This document shows, one piece after another, positions 47,431-59,115 of a stretch of DNA of 64,000 nt. The translations under genes were made by a program, and so were the position numbers. The DNA is from Rebecca billardiae RCC1528 (lineage: Eukaryota; Protista; Haptophyta), in NCBI GenBank assembly GCA_965240325.2, contig OZ251226.1, positions 2,418,001 through 2,482,000 of the forward strand. The letters are read 5' to 3'. Below the pieces are notes generated by a model that searched no databases, was not told the DNA's origin, and saw nothing but the letters and a program-made list of their open reading frames with translations. Every line of letters starts with the position of its first letter. Position 1 is the first letter of the stretch.

Positions 47431-47955
47431 AAGACACCGCCACAAAACAGAAGTAGTACCGACACTGCGTCGAATCTGCAGACTCTGCTAGCAGCAGCTA
47501 GCTCTGCGCTGCTGCCCGCTGCATGACTCGGCCGACGCTGCCCGTGGCATCAGATGATCACCATGGCGCACTTATTTCAGGTCACCACCCCGGCGGCGCT
47601 ATCTCACAGAGTCGCCGGGATTCAGCCAATCAGAGCGGCGCGCACGGAGACGGGAGAGCACTGTACGCGTCAAATAAACTGACACTCGGTGCGACGGTGC
47701 CTACTATAACTGTTCCGTCTGTTCCGGGACAGTCGGTTCAGATTGACCTACTACAGTGTCCGGGTGTGTCCTGGCGCCCGCTCATATTGGTCCGAGCGGC
47801 ACTGCTGTCAGCTTTGTTATAGGCCACCGCGCGCCAAGCGTCGGCCGGTAAATAAACACTTGTACAGTAGTAACATTAAATCTGCTAGCAATTACTTGCA
47901 GGTACGGCCTACGGGGCTGTGCAGCCCGGTAGGGCGGGCGATAGTCGACTGCGCT

Positions 47956-48041
47956 TACAGTTTATTTGTTTTAACGTGCGTAAGGCTCACGGTGGCAGTT
48001 TGCCGCACCATCCTTCATCGCACGCTCTCCGAAGAGAGACC
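47956..48041 (-). mobile_element. 5'-truncated SINE-like copy
   Basis: Near-identical to the tail-side ~85 nt of the 35638 copy (two substitutions seen). Confidence 0.75.
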
Positions 48042-48454
48042 ACAGTATAGAGCTATTGCTTGTCAGTACGTCATCGATCTCACTGATCTGGCCAGTGCGG
48101 TCGTGCCATCGGCATCGGGCTCGTGGACACGACGACGGACACGACCGGCGGTGACCAGTCTCGAGTCGGACTCCTAAGGCAGATTCTGCAGAATAGCTCA
48201 GAGCTACAGTTTAGTAAGAATAAGAGACGCACACAGCTCAGGCAGGCGAGATTGACGCCCGCCAACTCGGAACTGTCACCGCCCATGAAGCCGTCGCCGA
48301 TGGTACAGTAGCGCCGTCGGAAGATTCGCTCAGCCGTCTCGGCGAGGCCTGGATGAGGGCTGCGGCCGCCCACAGTGCGATCGGACGTGATTCTAATAAG
48401 AACTTTGCAGGGCCTCCGATCAACGACGAATAAGTTGATGCCATCATCCATATG

Positions 48455-48459
<5 letters not shown>

Positions 48460-48519
<60 letters not shown>
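48460..48519. repeat. (GT)n microsatellite
   Basis: About 29 GT units. Confidence 0.98.
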
Positions 48520-48520
<1 letters not shown>

Positions 48521-49220
48521 TTTTATTGGTACAATAACTGAGTGTGTACGAGCTGCATGACGGATGGGCTCGCTATGAGGCCTCTGCACTCCACTTACCT
48601 GTTTCGTCGCAGCCGCCCTCGCAGAATTTCAGGACTCTTCTGCGGGTACGCCGCGGGTGCACGAGCAGAGTGCCCTGCCAGAGCGGCGGACGAACCAGCC
48701 ATGCTGCTGCCCCCGGGCATTCGGCAAGTCATCGGCGCGAGCACCGCCTCGCTTCTCGAGCAGCGAGCTGGGAATCGGCAGCGCACAACCTGAGCGCGCC
48801 AGGTACCGCCTCGTCCTTCGACCACAGGATGCCCACCATCAACTCGTCTCAGCAAGTCGTCCCTCGGCTGAGCACGTGCACCACGCAGCAGCGCAGCAGC
48901 AAACGACCAGCAGCTGATATCCCATCATGGCGCCGCCTGGCACTTATATTATTGACTTAGTAAGCCGGGCCGGCTGAGGCAGCCCTCCGTATGCTGCTCC
49001 GTAGCTACCTAGTACCTGCGGCCTGCCTGTCTAAGACTGTCTGCTGACACCAAGTTGCTCGACCAAGTAAGTGCTGACTGACAGACGGATGAAGGTATGA
49101 TAGACTGGCGCTCAGATCGAATTGTCCTAAGTCCGGACAATGAGACAATAATGGACGACAGAAGGACGCAATGATCTACGGCTTAGGAATAGGATTGATG
49201 CGGGCTACCATCGGCGGCAG

Positions 49221-49928
49221 CTATTTCCTGCTGTGCTTCCCGTCCTTGTCCGCCTTCTTTTTCTTGCTCTTCGACTTGCTCTTCTTCTCGCGCTTGGGCT
49301 TCTTGCGCTTATCCTTCGAACGCTTCTTCTGCTTTCTGCGCTCCTCCGACGAATCGCTGCTCTCTGAGCTGGAGGTGCTGCTCCCCGACGGAGGGTCATC
49401 ACCTCCCCTGTCGGAACGCTTCCTCTTGCGCTTGTCGTCTTTTTCGCGCTTCTGCTTCTGCTCTCCAGGCAAGGGTACGTCCGTCCCGCTCGCCGCGGCA
49501 GCTGCTCGCTGCTCGGCTTTCGCTTGGCGCATCATCTCCTCCTCCTGCTCGAGCGCGAGCGTCTCTGTCTTGACGCGCATCGCAGCCTGCACCATGCTCT
49601 CGTTGATTGCGAGGAGCTCCACGGTGAACTCGAGATCCGCGTTTGGCGGGATCGCGGGCGGGCGTCCGGCAGTGCCGTAGGCATAGTCGGAAGACACTTT
49701 GAGAACGGCCTCCTCCCCCTCCTCCATGTCCATCACACCAACATCCCATCCCTGGATGACACGGCCCGTGCCCACCTGGAACTCGGCTGCGCGGCCCTTG
49801 ATCTTCGAAGAGTCGACGATCTTGCCGCTGCTCACGAGGCGGCACTCGTAGTGCATAGTCACACGGTCTCCCATGCGCGGGCGCGCGCCCGACTTGCCCG
49901 GTCGTAGTGTGTGCCTTTCCACGCCCAT
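49221..49928 (-). CDS. FKBP-type peptidyl-prolyl isomerase with Lys/Ser-rich C-terminal tail
   Basis: GDRVTMHY, VDSS, FQVGTGRVIQGWDVGVMDM, YAYG..IPPNADLEFTVELL. Confidence 0.95.
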   Translation of the reverse strand: MGVERHTLRPGKSGARPRMGDRVTMHYECRLVSSGKIVDSSKIKGRAAEFQVGTGRVIQGWDVGVMDMEEGEEAVLKVSSDYAYGTAGRPPAIPPNADLEFTVELLAINESMVQAAMRVKTETLALEQEEEMMRQAKAEQRAAAAASGTDVPLPGEQKQKREKDDKRKRKRSDRGGDDPPSGSSTSSSESSDSSEERRKQKKRSKDKRKKPKREKKSKSKSKKKKADKDGKHSRK

Positions 49929-50068
49929 GTGACTCCAGTGATCGAGCTGGAGAGGCGCGAGGCCGTTTGGAGCAATGGCTTCCGCGCTTCAGTGAGCCGT
50001 GTCGTGAGTTCTCGGAAGAAACTAGTAGTCTTAGGACAGGTAGAAAGCAGCAGATTCACGAAGGCACG

Positions 50069-51129
50069 ATGGCGGCGGCTGGCGCGGTGATCCCTTATTG
50101 CTTTCGTGGCGGGCATTCGAGCATGCTGCTCGCGCGGACCGGCCTCGTCGGAACTGCGCGGGCGGCTTGGCGATGCCAAGTCGCCACCAGGCCGCTTGCA
50201 GCCTGCAGGGCACTCTCCGGGCTGCCACCCTCGGTACGCGCGCACTAGCCTCGCACGCGCATGCGCGCAAGTCCTCGGGTGTGTGCTCACTTTCCTTCGC
50301 CGCTGCTCGCCTGCGCGTCAGCAGGAGCCAACGTATGCATCGCCCAAGCCCAAGGAAGAACCAAAGGGGTTTCTGCAATCGGTCCTGCGCGCAGTTGGCT
50401 ACTACAGCCAAGAGTCCAAGGACGACCGGTTGGCGCTGATCACATTTCTCAAGTGCCGCGAGCACGCGCACAGGCCCGAGTTCCGCACAGGTGCGCACAG
50501 AGTGGCACCCGCTGTGCATCGGCGCGCGCGCGGCGTCCCGCGTTGTGCGTCCATCCCATGCCGTCGAACCCGCTGCCCACGGCTCGCCGCGCCGCGCAGA
50601 GTTCGGCGTGCCAGACACGTTCCACGGCACGTTCCAGCTGATCGGCCTGCACGCGTGGATGTGCCACGTGCGCCTGCGGCTCGAGAATCCGCAGCGCGGC
50701 AACCATGTGGCGTCCGAGCTGTTCGAGCACTGGTGGCACCAGACGATGCTCGATATGAAGGAGGCGGGCGTCCACGAGTTCCTGCAGATCTCCGCCAACC
50801 TCAAGGAGCTGCAGCAGGGCTTCCGCGGGAGCGCCACCTCGTATGACGATGCGCTCAAGGCTGATGACACACTGGCCCAGCTGCAGGCTGCGCTGCTCCG
50901 CAACGTGTACTTCAAGGAGGAGGGGAGCGAGAAGAACGCGGAGCAGCTCTCGTTGTACGTCGAGCAGCAGCTCGTGCAGCTGCTGGGTATGACGTCGGAC
51001 GAGTTCATGAGTGCCGATCCTGCTGCGTGGGCATTCGCCAAGCCATCTGTTCAAATTTCATCGTCATCATCAGAGTCGGGCTCATCGGCCACGCCGTCAG
51101 ACGGGGCCTCGCGCGCGGGCTCGGGCTGA
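50069..51129 (+). CDS. UQCC1: Ubiquinol-cytochrome c reductase chaperone (Cbp3/UQCC1), 3 exons
   Basis: Mitochondrial-type presequence; FGVPDTFHGTFQLIGLHAWMCHVRLR, GFRGSATSYDDAL, AALLRNVY; introns ~50234-50321 and 50491-50599. Confidence 0.9.
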
Positions 51130-51749
51130 TGCCGCCGCAGTGTCAGTGTCATGCGCTGCTAGATATATGTACTGCGTCGTACCGATCGGCGCATCGCCAT
51201 CTAGACATCATCTAGCGCACTTTGACTCATTGAGCCCCGGCGCACGTACCCGCTGGGCCGTCGCGTTATTCGAATATTATAATAATAAATGAACTAGCTC
51301 TCAGAGGGCGGCGCGGCCTGCCGCCTGGCACTCTCCTCGGGCAGCGCCGCGAGCAGGCTTCCGCTTCGGGCACGTGAGCAGTTCATCATGACATGTGCAG
51401 CACTTGCAGCGGTCGTATGCACTGCTGAGTGACTGCATTGTTAGTAAGCTAGTCCGATGTCGTAGTTATACTTGCTGCCAGTATCAGAGTCCTGTCGGTC
51501 TGTAGCGGGCGCCTAAGCAGCCTAAGGGCTTTCTGATAGTTAGTAAGCTACCAGTACCGCATCACTACCAGTCAACACGGTCTGCCTGATCAGCAGCGCA
51601 TTCATCGCGAATTAGCAGGTTACTACTACCGTCGAAATTCGGACGCGACGATGATATGCAATGATGATCGGCTGCTGTATCAGAACCAGCGGCAGCCCGC
51701 GGCGCGGCGCGGCGGAGCCGAGCCGAATAGTTAGTTACGGTATCAGAAT

Positions 51750-52014
51750 ATATCGAGAGAGCGAGATGACGAGAGATAGCTTAGCTAGAGAGTGAGACTG
51801 AGAGAGAGAGAGAGAGAGACTAGCTAGAGATCGAGAGAGATCGAGAGAGATCTGAGAGAGAGACGATCGAGAGAAATCGCGAGCTAGAGACGATCGAGAG
51901 CTAGATCGAGAGAGAGCCAGAGATCAGCTAGCTAGAATCTAGAGAGAGAGAGAGAGACTCGAGAGAGAGAGAGCTAGGCCTAGAGAGTCAGCAGATCACT
52001 GACACTGAGAGAGA

Positions 52015-52045
<31 letters not shown>

Positions 52046-52082
52046 CTAGAGCAGAGAGAGAGAGAGAGAGAGAGAGATCTAG
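51750..52082. repeat. Degenerate (GA)n tract interrupted by CT/TC/CTAG/GATC inserts
   Basis: Visible directly in the sequence. Confidence 0.9.
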
Positions 52083-52121
52083 TATAGTTACTACGACTGC
52101 TAAGATAGTGCGACAGAAGTC

Positions 52122-53156
52122 CTACAGAGCGGGAGCGAGGCCCGCCGGCTCCGTCAGATTGAATGGCTCGTGCCCAGGCTCGGCTGCGAGTGTCGCCTGC
52201 AGCCCCTCGAGGAACTCGTCCTCGTCGGAGACCGGGTCGCCCTCCTCAACCTCGAGCGCGCGCGCGAGGAGATCGGCGTTGGACTCGGGCTCAGGGACAA
52301 GCTGCGCGAAGCTCTGGCTCGCGGCAGAGCCCGTGTCCAACGCCGGGAGCTTTGCCGACGGCTTGGCGTCGGGTGGCACAAAGGTCATGCTGAACTCGAC
52401 GCTCTGGGGCTCGTCCGGGATGGGCAGGCCGAGCAGCGCGTGGCGCACGCAGCTCGTGAGAAGCTGGGCGGACTCAGGCTCGTCCAGGTGTGGCAGCAGC
52501 AGTGACGCGCCGAAGTGTGCGCAGACGTGCCTCAGCTCGCGCTGCACCGCATCCCGCTGTGCGCGCTGCAGGAGAAGGGGCCCACCAACATCGCAGCCGA
52601 GAGCGAAGATGGTCGCAGTCACGCGCCGCCTCGCAGACTGGAGGTCCTCGTCTGGCGCGTGCGGCGGCATGCTGGGCGACGCGCCAAGCCTGGGAGGGCG
52701 AAGGCCCATGCCGAGGCTGGCGAGCTCGGCCGTCACGGCCTCGAGCCACGCCCGCAGCTCCGATGGAGCGGCCCATGGCCGGCGCAGGTCAACAGCAAGC
52801 ACCACGACCAACTCGCACTCGTCGTCGAGGCCGCCGAGCACCGATGTGAATGCCGTCGATAGCAGCTCAGTGTGGCCACACGTGAGCGTCCACGTGTCGA
52901 CGAGCGCATGCGCGTCGGCGTCGGGCAAGACGATGTTCGTGACTGAGTACTCCAGGGGGAGCAGTCCGGCGTCGCCCTCTGCAAGCTCGACATCAAGCCA
53001 GAAGCCAACTCGCGAGCGAGGCAGGTCGTCACCCGCTAGGACTAGCTTGCTTGGAGCCCGCTGGTCGCTTGCGTTCGGCAGCTGCGGGTCAGGCGGCGGC
53101 GCCAGCTCCTCCAAGACGGAGAGATCCGCGAACTCATCGAGCATGGTGGCAGCCAT
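52122..53156 (-). CDS. Dynein light intermediate chain-like (Ras-like fold), divergent
   Basis: LEYS..DTWTL..HTELL..VVLAVDLRRPW..LRAW and Q.ELRHVC.HFGASL resemble the DLIC family pattern. Confidence 0.6.
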   Translation of the reverse strand: MAATMLDEFADLSVLEELAPPPDPQLPNASDQRAPSKLVLAGDDLPRSRVGFWLDVELAEGDAGLLPLEYSVTNIVLPDADAHALVDTWTLTCGHTELLSTAFTSVLGGLDDECELVVVLAVDLRRPWAAPSELRAWLEAVTAELASLGMGLRPPRLGASPSMPPHAPDEDLQSARRRVTATIFALGCDVGGPLLLQRAQRDAVQRELRHVCAHFGASLLLPHLDEPESAQLLTSCVRHALLGLPIPDEPQSVEFSMTFVPPDAKPSAKLPALDTGSAASQSFAQLVPEPESNADLLARALEVEEGDPVSDEDEFLEGLQATLAAEPGHEPFNLTEPAGLAPAL

Positions 53157-53449
53157 CCTGCGAGCGGCAGTGCTTGCTTGACTGCTTGCGTCCAGGACGC
53201 CTGACACGGCCCGGATCGGCAGGCTTATGATAAATTGATCGTCAATCGCGCCGAGCCACACGCTCGCGTTGCAGCCACCGTCGTCGACTCGTCGAGCGCA
53301 GTCGCGCGGTGCGGCCCGCAATCTCTCGGGATGCATCTTAGCGACAGTCGCCATCGTCGCTGGCCATCCGGTTTCATGATGCATCACATCAGGCAACCAC
53401 GGTTGCAATTGGTGAAGACTATATTGCGAGTAACTACAGCAGCATTGCC

Positions 53450-54672
53450 TCAGGCGAAGATCAGGCCGTAGAGCATGAGAAAAAAGATGATCACACCAAA
53501 GACTCTGTGGGGGCGGCAGCAGGGACGGTGCGTGGCGCACGGGTGATACCGCAAGAAGCGCGTGGTCAGCATTGGAGGCGGCGGGGCGTGCATCAGTACG
53601 CCGCCCGGGGCGTGCGATGGCCGGGTGTGCGGCGCGGTCGCATGAGCCGCGCAGGCGCGCACTGCAGCATGAGCGGTCGATTCGATGTCAGGTTCCGGTA
53701 GTACCGCATCAGCTGCGCCTGTGCAGAGTCCACGTTAATCGCCGTCTGCTCCACGTCGGCATCTATTCTCTCGACGAGCTGCGCCTGCTCCGCCACCACG
53801 TTCTGCAGCTGCTGGAAGATCCCACCCAGCTCGACGATTGTCGACTGCACGCTCTCGACCGCGGTGGCGCGGGACTCGAGGTAGCGCGCGGGCATGAGCT
53901 GCTGCAGCTGCACCTGCTCGCCCGCGGTCGGCCTCCCCAGCTGACCGATATCGATGATCGTTTCGGCAGGCCCGCCGTCCGCGCCGTCCGCTCCGCCTGT
54001 GCTGGCGAGCGGCTTGGGCGGCGTGAAGACGGGCAGCGGCGAGAACCCATCTGCGCCCGCACCGAGGGCTGCCATCGCGCCGGCAGCCGCGGCCGCGCTG
54101 GCGTTGGCCCCGCCTGCGCCGTTTCCCAAGCCGCCTCCCGCTGTCCAGCTGTCCGCGCCGCCCGCCACGCCGCCACCCCCGCCGATCTGCTGCCGGCGGC
54201 TCTCCTGCGCCTTGATGTTCTGCGAGCGCGTGTACAGCACTTCCTGGAAGCCCTTGGTCGCGCTGTAGAGCTGCGACTTGAGGTTCTCGACGATGTGCTG
54301 CGTGTGGCTCTGCTGCTGCTTCCCCACCGCCGTCGCGCTCTTGTGCGCGCGCAGAGCGCCCTGCACCTCTCCGAGCTGCGAGTTGAGTGAGGCGATGTTC
54401 TGCTTGATCACAAACGTGAGCTCGTTGATCTCGCTCGTCGGGTCGTCGAAGAGCGACGTGCTCTGAGCGAGCTGCGCGAGCTTATCCAGCTTCTGTGTCG
54501 TGGCGTAGATGTCTGAACCGATCTTGGCCGTCATCTGCGCGAACTCCGACTTTGTGCGCGTGCGTGCCACCGCTGGCGCAACGTCGACCGCCGCCCCAGC
54601 AGCCGCGCGATCGCGCGCAAGGCTGCTGGCGATGGAGCGAAATTCGCTCGTGCGATCGGTGAGGGCAACCAT
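53450..54672 (-). CDS. STX5: Syntaxin-5/Sed5 Qa-SNARE, 2 exons
   Basis: DRTSEF, KSEFAQM..IG, SLFDDP..EINELT.VIKQ, SRATAVESVQSTIVELGGIFQQL, RIDA; a terminal exon gives the TM segment VFGVIIFFLMLYGLIFA. Confidence 0.95.
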
Positions 54673-54941
54673 GTCTTGACACCGCCCTAGGCAGTCCGGC
54701 GCGGCCCAGGCGCGCCGTCACTCGGCTCGGCCACCGCGCGCGGCGCGCCGCCTTCACGTGCTAACTGGGGAGGGCGCCAGCAGCCTCAGTCTTGGCTTGT
54801 CACTCAGCGCCCAGCGGTCAGAACTCAGAACTTCAGCGCGCGCTCGCCCCAGCCCGATCGAGAGCTTCCATCGATTCGCACGATGGCGTTGCCAACGTCT
54901 GGGGCACAGCTCAAGCTTTTAGAGTTAGGTACTAAGCTATC

Positions 54942-55556
54942 ATGTATGGAGCGCTCGTTGGAACTTGACGCCGGTTTGGCGCCCGCGCGGCGAGGGCGAC
55001 GACGGGCGTACACGGGGCCCGCGGCGGCGGGAAGCGCGCGGGCGCGGCCGAGAACGGCACGGTCCGGACGCCTCTCGCCAGCCGCGGACGCGCACCGCGC
55101 CTCCTCCTCGCACGCTGCTAACTTGATCCGGGTTGAACGGTGGTTTTGCTGCCGACCAGCTCAAGTTCCACGGCTGGTCAAGGTTCGGCTTGCGACCTCG
55201 CCGCTGGTGCTTGCAAGAAGGTACACGAGTTGGTCGAACTCCCACGCACCCGCTCTGCGCTCGTCGACGCCCTCTGAAGGTGACTCGGGGTGCATGCGGG
55301 GCAGTGGAATGCAGTGGTTCGGCGTTGCCTCTCAGTCGTCCAGCGCGTAGGCCATGTAGCGCGGGTGTGGTGCGCGCATGGCCCGGTAATTCGGTCGCGG
55401 CATGTCTGTCTGGGCTGCCCAAGGCCTGCCGCACCGCGAAGCGAGCGCTCAGGAGCGTGTGCCGACCGTGCCAGCCCCGCCGAGATGGGGCACTTCGCTG
55501 GGAAATGCGGTGTCAAGTTCCACCCCCGCTCAAGTTCCAACGAGCGCTCCATACAT
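54942..55556. mobile_element. MITE with 27-bp perfect TIRs; TSD unresolved
   Basis: ATGTATGGAGCGCTCGTTGGAACTTGA (54942-54968) versus 55530-55556; TCAAGTTCCA recurs internally at ~55161 and ~55513. Confidence 0.8.
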
Positions 55557-55843
55557 AGTCTCTCTGGACTGATTGCAGTACTCCTGGGTGTAGCAGAGCT
55601 ACGATATGGTACACACGACCGACAGGGCTGATGACCACAGCATCGTTTGAGTCTTGAGACTCGTTCGTGTGCACTGAACACGCCCGCATCTCGCCGCCGG
55701 TGCCGCGCCAGGCGCGGACCGTGTGCCGCCGGTGACCGTCGGTCAGATCAGCCCGGTCACGGCTGACGAGTACTGATCCGCAATCCTCCGCCGCGCGGTG
55801 GATGCGGCCTTTCGACGGCGGCTGCGGCCGGCTGCAGGTACCG

Positions 55844-58800
55844 TCAGCGCGCAACAATGGCGGGCATGATCGCGCCCGAGACGCGCGCCCCGCTTTCTGG
55901 CGCCGCGTATGTGCCTGCGCCGCCGACGCGACCGCGGCGCTGTTGCGCGAGCGTTTGCCGCGGGCGCTTGGGCATCGACGTCCCGACCGCTGCTCCAGCC
56001 GCCGTGTAGGTCTGCACCACGCGCCGTGCTCCAGCCGTCGGATTCGAGTGCACGCCGCTCGGGAGTCGCCTCGAGCCATCATTCGCGTAGTAGCGCGATG
56101 GGTTGCGGCTCGCGGCCGCGCCTGAGCCGGGCGCCGGCCCGGCCGCGCCTCCCCTCGCGGCAGCACGACCCTGCGCGCGCGGTGGGGCATCGCGCGTGGG
56201 GGCGACGGCGCGGCGGGATCAGCTGGGCTGCACGCGAGCGCGCGGTGCGCGCACCGCGCGCGGATGGAAGTGTGCGCGCGCCGTGGCACGCACCGGCTGC
56301 ACGCTGCCGCGCGACGCGTGTGGCCCCGGCGCGCGCCCCGCGTAGCCTTGGCCCAACGGCTTCGGGATCGTCGATGGGGGCGCGCCTGCGCGGCGGGCGA
56401 CAACACTCGGCGGAGGGCCCGCGCCGCCCTGCGCTGCGATCCGCGACATGCGAGCGCCAGTAGCGCGCGTGCGCCAATCCTCGCTCGCGCCTCCGCCAGG
56501 CCCCTGCCGGCCCGCGGCGGCCGCGCCCGGCGCAACCGCCCGCCCGCCTGACGGCCGCTGCGATCGTCGGCCATCGTCTGAGACGGCGGATTGCGCGGCG
56601 AGCTGCGTGCCCTCGTCCTGCGCGCCGCGCGCAGGGTCGCGTGTGGGATGGATAGCCGAGGCGAGGGCGCCGCGGTGAGAGCCGAAGCGGCTTGGCTTCG
56701 CACCAAGGTTGTTGGGCGCGCGCGTGCACGCGGGGCGGTGCGCAGCCACCGGGCCATCTCGCACGGCGCAGGCGCAGGCGCGCGCACCGAGAGCTCGTCT
56801 GTCATCCGGTCGCCCGAGTTGTGCCGCTTGGGCGAGGCGCCCTCCGAGGCGGCTGCGGCGGGCTGCGGCGGGGGCAGCCGCGACTGCGACTGCGAGCTGC
56901 GGCTGCTCTGCGCGCTGTCCGGCGCGCGCCTCGGCGAGGTGGCGCGCGCCGACAGGCCACTGATGCTGCCAGGGCCGGCCGCGCGCCTGCGCTCTGTGGT
57001 CGTGTCGCGGCGCATGCGCTCGCGCTGCTCCGGGGAGGGCGCGGCGACGGCGGGGCGGTGCGACCGCGCGGGCTGCGCCGGCGGGTGCGGCGCGCCGACC
57101 ACAAACTCGCCGTACCGCCCGCCGCGCGGCGCGCCCGGCGCCACAAAGCTGCGCCCGCCCGCCGGCGAGACGGCCGGGAGCCAGCCGTGGGCGGGCCCGG
57201 TCGCGCGCAAGGGCGACGGCTGCGCGGGCGGCGGCGGCGGCGCCAGCGGCGGCAGCTGCGCGAGGAGTGCGGAGGCACTGCCCAGCTCGACCGGCGCGCC
57301 GTCGTCGGCGAGCGCGAGCCGGTCGTGCGGCGCGAGCAGCTCCACGCGCGCCATCCGCTCGTGGAAGTCGGCGATCGGCGCGAGCTCAGAGCGCAGCCGG
57401 CCCCACTCGCCAAGACGGCCGACGGCGCGCAGCGCGCTCGGCGGCAGGTCTGGGCTGCTCTGCGCGAGCGCATCGACGTACGACTGGCGCACTCTGAGCT
57501 CGTACGCGGCGTCCGAGCGCGCCATGTCGAGGAACTGCGCCTGCAGCAGCAGCTGCAGCGTGTGCAGCCGCTCGGGCGAGCGGACGCGCTGCCGCGCCGC
57601 CGCGAGCAGCTCATTGGCGAGGTGTTCGTTCTGAGACAGCCGCGCGCGCACCGCGGCGCTCTCGCCCGACTGGTCGGAGCCGGGCGGCGGCGGGTGCCCG
57701 CTGGCTTCGGCGGCGGCGTTGGCGTTGACGAGCTGCGCGTGCAGCGAGTCGAGCTGCTGCAGCAGCTGCCGCCGCTCCGCGCACACGCGCATGACGGCGT
57801 GCTGCAGCGCGCGCGCCTGCTCTGCATCCGCGAGGTCCGCCGCGCCCATCGCGCCGCGCGTCGGGCTGCCGCCGCCGTCAGCGGCGCCGGCGGCGCCGGC
57901 GGCGCCGGCCTGCGCGGCCTTGAGCTCGGCGATCTCGGCGCGCAGCGCGCCGATGATCCGCTGGTACTCCGCCACGTGCGCCGACACGCTCGCCACGTTC
58001 GAGTGCACCTTCGTCTTGAGGTTCTTTGCTCGGTTTGCATACTTGAGCGTGTTGAGCGTCTCCTCAAACTGCGACGACGCGGGCGACACATTCGCGATCA
58101 TGACGGTGCGGCAGTTGCCGCCGAGCGAGTCCTTGAGCAGCCGCGTCATCTTCGAGTCGCGGTACGGCACGTGCGACCGCCCGTCCGCGAGCGCGTTGAT
58201 GCAGTTCCCCAGCGCGAGCAGCGAGCGGTTGATGTTGGCGCCCTCCTTGAGCCGCATGCCCGTGTTCTCCGTCTTAGACGCGCGCTCAGAGCCCGCCAGG
58301 TCGATCAGCGAGAGCTTGCCGAACTTGACGACGCCGGCGAGGTGGGCGGTGCGCTCGGACTGCTCGACGGTCACCTGCAGGATCGCGTGCGAGCGCGAGC
58401 TCGTCTTGTTCGCCGCGGTCGGCTCCTGCGCGCGCGCCATGTTGCCCTGGTGCAGCAGCTGCAGCACCTCGCCCGCAGACGTCGCGTCGTACTCGGTGAT
58501 GCCCGCGACGACCATGCCGCGCGCCGGGTCCTCGTTGAGCGGCAGGCCGATGCTCGACTCGCTCGGGTTGAGCAGGTCCTTGATGACCTCGTTGTAGATC
58601 TCGAGATAGCTCAGCCGCACCTTGAACTCGCACTCGGCAAACTGCGGCTCGGAGCGCATGCGCCTGAACATGTCGTTGAGCGTCAGCACCATCACGCCGG
58701 GCGCGTCGAGCGCGCCGAGCATGGTGTACGTCTTGCCCGCGCCGGTGGCGCCGTAGGCGAAGACCGACGCGTTGTACCCCTCGAGCACGCCGCCCACGAG

Positions 58801-59115
58801 CCCGCGCGTCGTGCCGCGGAAGATCTCGCCCTGCGTGGCCGACTCGTCAAACGCCTTGTCGAACGCGTACTTCTTCTCCTTCGAGCGGTTGGGCTGCAGG
58901 TTCTGGTCGTACTCGTGCGGGTCGACGACGACGACGACGCGCGACTCGATCACGCGCACGATGCCGAACTGCTCCGAGTCGTGCTCGTCGCGCGACAATG
59001 GGCGGCAGCGCACGGCGACCAGCATCGGCACATTCTGCGGCAACTCCTCGCCCGCCGCGAGCCGCTGCTGCTCGGCCTGCTGCCAAAAGTCGGGCTGCGA
59101 TCCCGACAGCTGCAT
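55844..59115 (-). CDS. Kinesin-8 (KIF18/KIF19-like) motor; multi-exon C-terminus
   Basis: VAVRCRP, YAFDKAFD, FAYGATGAGKTYTM, NKTSSRSHAILQ, LIDLAGSERA, NINRSLLALGNCINAL, NTLKYANRAK; tail exons inferred through to the stop at 55844. Confidence 0.93.

Noticed and set aside
55513-56790. 1200-aa single-exon kinesin running into the MITE
   Set aside because: Read-through of stop-free GC-rich introns; the spliced model ends at 55844.
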